Positions 14,044 through 25,100 of a DNA stretch of 64,000 bases are shown piece after piece. The notes under the pieces are model-generated. The model saw nothing but the letters and a program-made list of their open reading frames with translations. It made no database searches and was not told the DNA's origin. Each line of letters starts with the position of its first letter. The stretch's first letter is position 1. Made by a program: the position numbers and the translations under genes. The stretch spans positions 806,001-870,000 of the forward strand of contig NC_089432.1 in the NCBI RefSeq assembly GCF_026210795.1, written 5' to 3'. The DNA is from Rhizophagus irregularis (Eukaryota).

Positions 14044-14790
14044 ATGCATTCTGTAAATAATTCAGATAATTCATTAACTCAATTTATTCAAAATTCTTAT
14101 AAAATCGATATAAAAGAAATAGAACCTACAATTCAAAATATTAATAAAAGTATATATGAAGATTATAGTACTTTAATTAATGAATTAGTTGATATTTATT
14201 TTAAAGCAGCTAATAAAGGAAAAGAAGAAGATATAAGAAAACAACAAATTCTTGATTATATAAATACTTATGAACTAAATTTACAAGAAATATATAATTG
14301 GCTTTTAAATACTCAAAATGATTCTAATTCAACTTTTTTACTTGGATATTTTTATTTTTATGGTGTTGGAACTAAAATCAATAAACAAAAGGCATTTGAA
14401 TTATATAAAAAAGCGGTAGAATTAGAACATATTGCAGCACAATTAGTTCTTGCTGATATATATGTACATGGTAAGGGACTTGAGAAAAATCATAATAATG
14501 CTTTTTATTTAGCTAATAAACTAGCTGAAGAGGAACATTTAGCTGGAATAAATATGTTAGGATATTGTTATGGTTGTGGAGTTGGAACTGATATTAATAT
14601 GGAAAAAGCATCTGAATTATATAAAAAGGCAGCAAATTTGGGAAATAGTATAGCTCAATATAATATAGCTTTGTTGTATGAATATGGAAAAGGAATTGAA
14701 CAAGATTTGGATCAAGCTATTTATTGGTATAAAAAATCTGCTGAACAAGGATATCAATATTCTCAAAAAAAATTAGAAATATTGAATTGA
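14044..14790 (+). CDS. Kinase-less Sel1-repeat protein, 248 aa
   Basis: Intact ORF; family N-terminal motif IQN..KI..KEIEPT.QNIN..IYED; about 4 SLR units. Confidence 0.9.
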   Translation: MHSVNNSDNSLTQFIQNSYKIDIKEIEPTIQNINKSIYEDYSTLINELVDIYFKAANKGKEEDIRKQQILDYINTYELNLQEIYNWLLNTQNDSNSTFLLGYFYFYGVGTKINKQKAFELYKKAVELEHIAAQLVLADIYVHGKGLEKNHNNAFYLANKLAEEEHLAGINMLGYCYGCGVGTDINMEKASELYKKAANLGNSIAQYNIALLYEYGKGIEQDLDQAIYWYKKSAEQGYQYSQKKLEILN

Positions 14791-14793
14791 ATG

Positions 14794-15152
14794 TTGGGTT
14801 GGATCGGTCTCAGCAAAGACTGGTATTTGGCCAGTCATAAGAACAAATTCATGTTCATATGCATCATTGTTCAATTAATATGTCTATTTTTAGTTTTTTT
14901 TAGTTTTTTTTCCATTTCAAAAATCAAAATTTTCAGTTAATTTTTCACACTTCAAAAAAAACAATTTAAAAAAAATTTAAAATGTTAAATTTTTTGTTTG
15001 AGAATTAAGATCCATTTACAATAAATTTCACAACTACAATAATAAAAATGAATCCTTAACTTTAAGCGGGATCTTTATTACAAATTATGGGTAACTATTT
15101 TATAATGTTAAATATTAGTCCGGTTTCAGTCCAAAAGACCAGTCTAACCCTA
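14794..15152. mobile_element. hAT-type MITE inserted just after the Sel1 stop codon
   Basis: Imperfect TIR TTGGGTTGGATCGGTCT...AGACCAGTCTAACCCTA; 8-bp TSD ATTGAATG (14786-14793, 15153-15160). Confidence 0.75.
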
Positions 15153-16163
15153 ATTGAATGTATTTATCCCATATTTATGTCGTTAAAAATTGCTTTAAAA
15201 ATTGTATGAATTTTAGTATATTATAAATATATGGTTAGCGCACTAATTATTAATAGTTTTTGATATCCAATAATATTTGTTTACTAGATATTATTTTATT
15301 TCCTCCTTAGTAAAATTCATCGGATATAGGATATATTGATTAATGGGTGAATTAAATTTGCTACATGAAATTATAATCTTCTGGACATACAAGTTCATAC
15401 TGGAACCTTTTACATTATTTTCAAATTTTGTTTTTATGTAGATAGATATTTGAATATTTGAATATCAGTTAAATAGTTTTTGTTATAATTATTATACTCA
15501 GTTGTATACTACAGTATTTCAGATAAATATTATCATATATAACTCCTTTATAATAAATTACTACTTTTATCGACCGTTCATTCAAGAAATTTGAAATTTT
15601 GCTACACAATATATCATACAAATATACTTTGCAAATTAATTACAATTTTTTTTTCTACGAAAAAAAAAGTCAATATCTTACGATTGATCTAATATCTCAT
15701 TGAATTTATATTTTCTCAAAATAGTATGATACAGATTTTCAATGTGAATTGAATTGTAAATACTGTATATGGAAATCATTTAACTGACCGAATATAAAAT
15801 AAAATATTTAATAATTTGTTGCATGTATATAATGACATGTAGTTATTAATGATATTGTAAATAAAAATCAAATTTATTGATATGTTGAATTATTCAAATT
15901 ACAAAACTAAGAAACTTGTAATACATTTTACTACTCTAGCCTTAGTGTTTAAATAATCCTAAAAAAGAGAATACATATTGGATAAATCATAAAAAAAAAG
16001 AATTATTTAAATTACATACTAAGAAATTTGCAAAATATTTTACTACTCTAGTCTTAGTGTTTAAATAATTCTACAAAAAAAAACGAATAATCTCTGTTTA
16101 ATGTATAATACCATAATATCAAATATCACTTAAAAAGTGTTGTAAATTTTTTAAAAATTCAAA

Positions 16164-19100
16164 TTAATTTTCATCTATTTTGATTTCTAAATAATTAAAT
16201 AAACAAATTACATCACATAAAATAATTGTGAATAAATACTTCTTTGTACATACAGTATTATATACATACCAAATGACTCCATATCATTAATTATATAATC
16301 ATCCAAATTTTCACTTTCTAGAATTCCATTCAATTTTCCACTAGTAAAATTAAGTAAGCGACTTGTATAATATGCTTGTGAATGAAATTTACTAGTATTG
16401 AGATTGCTACATCCAATTAAATTTGAAGTCAAAGGGGTACCATTAAGTGCTGAATCTGGTGTAGCTGATGATACTGGGGGTGCATCTATAAATTCCATAA
16501 CATTGCGTTTTAACTTTCATTAATATCTTTAATTTTCTTCCCATTAGGAATCATGATCCATTTTTTAATAATATCTAATACTTCTTCAGATGATGGTCTT
16601 TTTAATGGATCTTCATCCCAACACTTTTTCATCAAATCTACATAACATTGTGGAGTACTTTCAATAATTTCAGGACGTTCACCTTTACAAATACTTAAAC
16701 TAAGTTGAATATCATGTGCTCTATTATTAAATGGTGGAACTCCAGATGTAAATTCCCACATAATCATAGAAAAACTATAAATATCACTTGCTGGAGTATA
16801 AGGTTTTCCTCTCAAAACTTCAGGTGCCATAAATGACATCACACCATATAGCTTATCTTTTAAAAAAGATTCTGCAGGTTGACATAATCCTAGATCACTA
16901 ATATAAACTATATCCACTTTATTTTTTTGATTTTCTTTATTGTTATTATCATTCTTTTCATTTTTTTTATTATTATTATCCTCTTCATTTTCTTTATTAT
17001 CATGATCATCTTCATTTTCTTTCTTATCATCATCCTCTCCCTCATTATTATCATCCACTTCATTTTCTTTATTATTATCATCCACTTCATTTTCTTTATT
17101 ATTATCATCTACTTCATTTTCTTTATTATTATCGACTTTATTATTAACATCCTCTTTATACTCATGAAATAAAATATTACCATCATGAAGGTCGCAATGA
17201 ATAAGCTCTTGTTCATGTATTTCATTTAGCCCAGAAATAATTTGATACAAAATATATAATTTTTGTTTCCAATTATTTTGAATGATTTTTGTTAAATTTC
17301 CTCTTAAATTACCTCTGTTTGCATAATCCATTACTACCATATAATTTGAAGTATCTGGATCTTTTGTAAATCCATATAAATAAATAAAATTATATGAAAT
17401 TGAACAAATTATATGGTATTGCCACTATAAATATAAATTTAATATATTAGTATAAATAAATTATAGCTAAAATAAAAAAATAAATAATATATTATCATAC
17501 TTCTTTTAAAAATTCATTTAAATTTTCATTCAAATTATCAAGACATTTAAGAACTACTGTTTTATCTTTACGCTTATCTGACAAAATAGCTTTATATATA
17601 GTACTAAACCCTCCTTTATCAAGATATTCAACATTTTTAAATTTATTATAAGGAAACCATTTTAATCCCGTATGAAAAATAAATCTATCTAAAACCGTAT
17701 CTCCGCTTTCTCCTAATCTGCAAATTTAAACGAAGGTAGTCAAAATTTATATTAAAATCAAATTAAGAGAAAAAATAATACTAATACTTACTCTTAAATT
17801 TAAATAGAAATTTAAAAATTTAATATGATTTTAATATATATGTTGTGCCTCAGATCGATTCTTGCCTCAGATTGAAGCTCACGCACCTCACATTGAGATT
17901 GTCACCTGACGCACCTCATTTGAATCATTCAATAAAGTCTGTTATAAGTAAACTTTTTTTCTCATTAATTAAACCACTTTTTGTAACATAAACAAACTTG
18001 TGCACCATAACGAGTTACATGTTTCCTGAAATATTTATGTAAATCCAATTTATATTGAAGTTTATATTTGTGTTTTATCTGAAAAATCATTAAATTTTAA
18101 GTCATTTTTCAAATGAAAAGATTTAATAAGTATGATTCCAATTAATCTGAAATTATAGGATTGTATACTTAAAATAATGATAAATAAGTTTACTTAGTAC
18201 TTAAAAATACATTAAAATTGGAAATTTTGATGTTTAATTATAGCACATTTTTATTAGCAATTGAGGTGCGTCAGATGACAATCTCAATCTGAGGTGCGTG
18301 AGCTTCAATCTGAGGCAAGAATCAATCTGAGGCACAACATATATAATATATAATAACCTACAGTATATATAATTTAGTGTAACTTACCAACTAAATTAAT
18401 TGTCCAATATTTTTTTTAAAAAAATAATAAAATCAATTAATAAAAGTCGTAAATAAATATTGCAAAATATGTAATAATAAACTTAAATAGTGAACTTATA
18501 ACTTACAATCAAAAGTAAAAATATTATAATTTTTTTAAAAAAAGTTTTTGTTAAATTACATGTAATTATTATATAAATTAAATATATAACATTAAATTAG
18601 TAAATTTCTCACTCTCTATATCGTCAAATAATTATTTAAATAAAGTTTAGATAGTAAAAATTAGTACATGTAATTATATAGTTGTAAAAAATTAAATTAC
18701 AACTTACTAACTATAATAACTTGCCAAGTAATAAATAATTTTGTTAGTTTAGAGATCACATACATATATAATTAAAATAAAATAATTAACTTACTCCTTA
18801 TAATATTGAATAATTCTATACAAAAGTATATTTAGTAAATTATATAAAAACATCATATAAATTTATTATAATAAATTAAGATTAATAACTTACTCCCTAT
18901 TATTATGAAATAAAAAATTTAGTTAATAATATATAAAATATATACACAATAAATTAAATAACTTACACCCTAATTATTTAAATAAGAATGTGATTAGTTT
19001 AAACTTTAAAAACTTTAAATAATTATTACATAAATATATAAATAATAATAATAGAATTAAATAAATAACTTACGTCCTATAGTATTAAGTAGTTTTTTAA

Positions 19101-22100
19101 TTATAAATTTTAGTAAGTTTGAATTTATAATAACATTACTAAATAAATAACTTACTCACTATAATTTTATAAATAAAATTTTAGTTTATATTATATGCAA
19201 ATATTATATAGATATGTAAAGTAAAATTATAATTTAAAATGATAAAATTAAATAAGTAACTTACTTCCTATTATTAGATAATTGTTTAAATAAAGAGTTT
19301 AGTATTTTAATTTTTAAATTTATATAAATATCATAAATGAATAATAACAGAATTAAAAAACAATAGCTTACCCGCTATATTATTAAATAGTAATTATTTA
19401 AATAAAATTGGTTAATTTATACATATTATATAAATATTAAATAATCATTAGTAAATTGTAAAAAATTTGGTTAATTAAATCATATTAATAATATTATAAA
19501 ATAACTTATAACTTACAAGCTAAAATATAATGAAAAAATTAAAATTTAATTAGCTTAAACTATAAATCAATATTAATTAAATGACTAATTTATAACTTAC
19601 ATTCTATATTATTAGGTAATTTTTAAATAAAAATTTAATTAGTTTAAATTATAAAATATATAATAGTGGAATAAAATAAACAACTTACTTGCTATATTAT
19701 TAAATAATTTTCGAAATATTTAAATTATATAATTATTATATACTATACTGTAGTAAATACAATAACAGATTAAATATATAACTTACTCCCTAATTATTAA
19801 ATGGTAATTTAGATAAAAATTTAGTCAGTTTAATTCATAGTTAAATATTATTATATAAATTCAATATATAATTATAGAATTAATAACTTACTAACTATAA
19901 ACAATTTATTTATAAATAAAAGAATTAGTTATTTTATATAATAGTAAAATTAAATAATAATTTATGACTTACAAGCTAAGATTATAAATCATATTTTAAT
20001 TAGTAGTTTAAATTATAAATAAATGTTACACAAATGTGTAGTAATGTAATTAAACAAACAACTTACATGCTATTATTGAATAATATTTAATAAAATTTAA
20101 TTAGCTTAAACTATAAATAACTATTAATTAAATGACTAATTTATAACTTACATTCTGTATTATTAGGTAATTTTTAAATAAAAATTTATCAGTTTAAATT
20201 ATAGAATATATAATAGTAAAATAAAACCAACTTACTTGCTATAGTATTATTAAATAATTTTCAAAATATCAAATATTTTAAATTATATAATTATTATTAT
20301 TATATATACTGCAGATTAAATATATAACTTACACCCTAATTATTAAATAGTAATTAAATAAAAATTTAGTCAGTTTAATTTATAGTTAAATATAATAATA
20401 TAATGTGTAATAATAAATAACTTACACCCTAATTATTAAATAATTATTTAAATATTAAAATTAATTACACATAAATATCATATAAATATGTATAAATAAT
20501 TAAAAAAATAAATAACTTACACTCTAATTATTAAATATAAAATTTAAATTACATGTAAATGTTATATAAATGTGTAATAATAAAATAATATATAAATAAA
20601 AAACCAACTAGTTAGTTTAAATTATATGTATATATTAATAATTTATAATAATAAAATAAATAAACAATCAACTTACTTCCTATTATTGTATGTATTATCA
20701 GGTAATTATTTAAATAAAGAATTATAAAGAATTTAGTTTGTTTAAATTATATAAGCATATTTCAACTTAATTGTTTGTTTAATATATGGATTTACTGAGA
20801 GTTTTAGGAAAGGGTAGTTTCATTAAATGTATTAAATAAAACGAATGTAATAAAATTTTGGAAATTTTAGAAAATTTTAGAAATTGTAATTTAAAATTAA
20901 AGGGGCATTTTAATCATATAATATTATCAAAATTTGAGGAGTGGTATTTGTTAAACAAGCAATTAAGTTGCCTATATAATGTGTAAATATGCAATGTCAT
21001 AAATTAAATGAATAACTTACTTCCTATGTTTAAAATAATTTTTTAAATAAAATTTGATAAATTTAAATTTTATATAAATATACGTGTATAATAAAAACTT
21101 ATAGTTTACCAGTACCTTTATAAATTATTAAATAATTATAGTAAATTGTATAAATATTATACAAATAAACATAAATTTAATATATAACTTACAAGCTGTA
21201 ATAAATTACCATATAGTTAATTAAATAAAGAATCTAATTAGTTTAAATGATATGTATTATTTAATTATATAATAATAGAATAATATAAATAGTTTATAAC
21301 CTACCATCTATAATGAATTAAGAATTAAATTAATTGAAATTATGTAATAATATTATATAATTATAATATCATGATTAAATAAATAGTTTATAACCTACAA
21401 GCTATAATGAATTAAAAATTTAGTTAGTTAATAAATTATTTATAAATATTGTATAATTACATAATAATAGGATTAAATAAGTAGTTTATAACCTACCAAC
21501 TATAATGAATTAAGAATTTAGTTAATTAAAATAATATATAAATATTACATAATTATATAATAATAGGATAAATAAGTAGTTTATAACTTACCAACTGTAA
21601 TAAATTTAATAAATAAAGAATTTAGTTTGAATTATTTGTAAATATTGTTACATAATAATAGACTAAATAAATGGTTTGTAACTTACAAGCTGTGGTGGAT
21701 AAAGAATTTGGTTAATAAGAATTATATGTAAATATATATAATTAAATAATTTATGACTTACCAACTATAATAAGTTATCAAATAATTATAAAAATAAAGA
21801 ATTTAATTAATTAAAATAATATGTAAATATTGCATAGCTATATGATAATAAGATCAAATAAATAATTTATAACTTACCAGCTATAATAAATAAAGAATTT
21901 ATATTAATTAAGATAATATATAATTACTGTATAATTATATAATTATAAAATTAAATAAATAATTTATAACATACCCACTATAATAAATAAAGAATTTGGT
22001 TAATTAAATTTATTTATAGATTATATAATATTATAATTAAATAATTTATGACTTACTAGCTATAGAAAATTACCAAATAATTATATAAATAAAGAATTTA

Positions 22101-25100
22101 GTTAACTAAAATAATTTGTAATATTGTAATAGGATTAGATAAATAATTTATAACTTACCAACTATAACAATAACCAAACAATTATATAAGTAAAGAATTT
22201 AGACAATTGAAATAATACATAATTATTACATAATTAGGCAATACAAACTTAATTTTTCAGTTCTCATATCCCAGCTGGATGGGTCAGTTTCTGTTAAATC
22301 TCAAAAAAAAAATTTTTATATTATTATTATACCAGATAAGGTTTTATAAAAGTTAAAAAAAAATCAAAGCCAGGTTGCCAGGTTATGTCGTGTTATGAGA
22401 ACCAAAAAATTAAGTTTGCATGACTTATAGGATTAAATAAGTAATTTATAACTTACCAGCTATAATAAATAAAGAATTTATGTAAATTAAAAAATATGCA
22501 ATTTTATAGGATTAAATAAGTAATTTATAACTTACCAGCTATAATAAATAAAGAATTTATGTAAATTAAAAAATATGCAATTATCATATAATAATACAGT
22601 AATTTGTAACTTACGATCTATATTATTAAATAATAAAATTAGTCAGATTTACTTAATTAGATCATATAAATATATAATAATAAATTAAATAAATAATTTA
22701 TATAACTTACAAACTAAATGACAAGGTTAAATGAAAAATTTAGTTAATCAAAATAATTATATAATTATATAATAATAGTATTAAATAATTTATAACTTAC
22801 CAACTATAATAAATAAAGAATTTGGCTAATTAAGATTGTATGTATATATTGCATGATTATATAATAATACAGGATTAAATAAATATGACTTACTCCCTAT
22901 AATAAATAAGGAATTTATGTGGTGTAAAAGGATCGATTAGATCAATAACAGATTTGGCTACCGTTTTTTTGTGGTAAATAAATAGTTTATAACTTACAAA
23001 CTACAATAAATTACCAAAAAAAAAAAAAAATGGTGATTTAAAATACAAATATACAGTATAATAACAGGATTAAATGAATAGTTTATAACTTACAAACTAT
23101 TATAAAATACCAAATAATTATATAAATAAAGAATTTAGTTAAAATTATTTGTAAATATTATAATAATAAGATTAAATAAATAATTCATAACTTACCAACT
23201 ATAATAAATAAAGAATTTAGTTAATTATAAATTATATAAATTATAATTATATGTAAATATTATATAGTACCAGAAGTCTATACTTGCATAAAATTTAAAG
23301 AAATAAACTGGTGCTTTCTTCTACAAGACGAGTACTATTATATTACCAGTCAGATTTCAAAAAATGACTACATAAAAGTTATAAGTATTTAAAATATGTT
23401 GATTTTTATATAATCAGCTTAAAATCATGTGATTTCAATTTTATTTAGCCAATATTTTTTAATGACATTTATTTATTGAATACCATTCTAAGGCTTAAAA
23501 CATTCCAATATTTAAATTCAGCTTATTATCAGTTTGATTTTCTGAAACAGATGCCAAAACTGTTGCAATCTTATGATAATTTTTTTGCCAATTTCCTTTT
23601 TATGCTTGATTGTTATACTTTTCATATAAAATTGTGGATTTTTATTGGCCAATTTTTTACTCACATGATGGATTAGAAATTTGAAACATTGTTAAGTATA
23701 GACTTCCAGCACCATAATGATAAGAATAGAATTAAATAAGTAATTTATTAACTTACTTTCTGTAGTAATTATCAGAAATAAAAATTTAATTAAACTTATT
23801 ATATGTAAATTTATTTATATATAAGTTTAAATAAATAATTTATAACTTACCACCATCTATAATAAATATATAAAGAATTTGGTTAATATAACTATTAAGC
23901 AAATATATGCAAATATATAAATTTAATAATGTAATTAACAGAGGTGCAAACTTTACTGACATAACTGCCATAAAAAAGCTACGACAATATGCTTACATAG
24001 AAATTTATAATAATTTATATAATATTAAGCTACATCACGAGTTCCAACCTTTCATTAGTGATGTAGCTAAAAAAAGAAAAAGTCTGCACCCCTAGTGATT
24101 AAATAAATAACAGGTTTTGTTTTTTATCACACCCGCAATATATCACACCCATATAAAAGTCAAATACAGCATTCTAAACCCTTTGATATACTAAGTAAAA
24201 TTGTAAAGCAGGCAAAAATAAGCATACTATATGGTTTTTTAAGTGTTACAATAGGTACATAGTTTTTGCGCCAAAAATGTGAAAAATTTTTGGCTAAGAT
24301 CGGCAAAGATTGGCATATTCATTATATAAAAATTGCCAAAAGGGAGCGTATCGCATATGCAAAAAAAATTAAATCCATAATAATAAATTAAAATAAATCA
24401 CTTATATAACTTACCAGCTATAATAATAAATCACCAATTTCATAAATAAAGAATTAAAATAATTAACATTATATGTAAATATCAAATAAATAAATATGTC
24501 ATAATAACATTAAAATTAACTTACCATCTGCATTTTTAAATAATTTAAAGAATTAAGTTAGTTAAGATTATTTGTAAATTCTGTATAATAAATTTGTATA
24601 TATTAACTTACAATCTATAATAAATTACATAAATAAAGAATTTAGTTAATTAAATGTTATATCATTACATAGTAATAGAATTAAATAAATAATTTATAAC
24701 TTACAATCTATAATAAATTACATAAATAAAGAATTTAGTTAATTAAATGTTATATCATTACATAGTAATAGAATTAAATAAATAATTTATAACTTACAAT
24801 CTATAATAAATTACATAAATAAAGAATTTAGTTAATTAAATGTTATATCATTACATAGTAATAGAATTAAATAAATAATTTATAACTTACAATCTATAAT
24901 AAATTACATAAATAAAGAATTTAGTTAATTAAATTATATGTAAAGATTACATCATTACATTAAATAAAATTAAATAAATAACTTACTCCCTATGATAAAA
25001 TAATTGTATAAATATAATTAAATTATATGTAAATATTATTTAAATATAATAAAACAATTTATATCTTACATACTATATTATTTATTATTAAATAATTTTT

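Noticed and set aside
16908..17172. I/K/M-rich and I/F-rich ORFs
   Set aside because: Alternative-frame and antisense readings of the low-complexity kinase insert.
18355..18366. Additional donor-like ACCTAC as a further microexon
   Set aside because: No AG acceptor at a suitable distance, and it is only about 25 nt from the 18388-90 exon, too close for an intron.
23476..24095. Two small plus-strand ORFs inside the array
   Set aside because: They overlap MITEs and show no coding signature.
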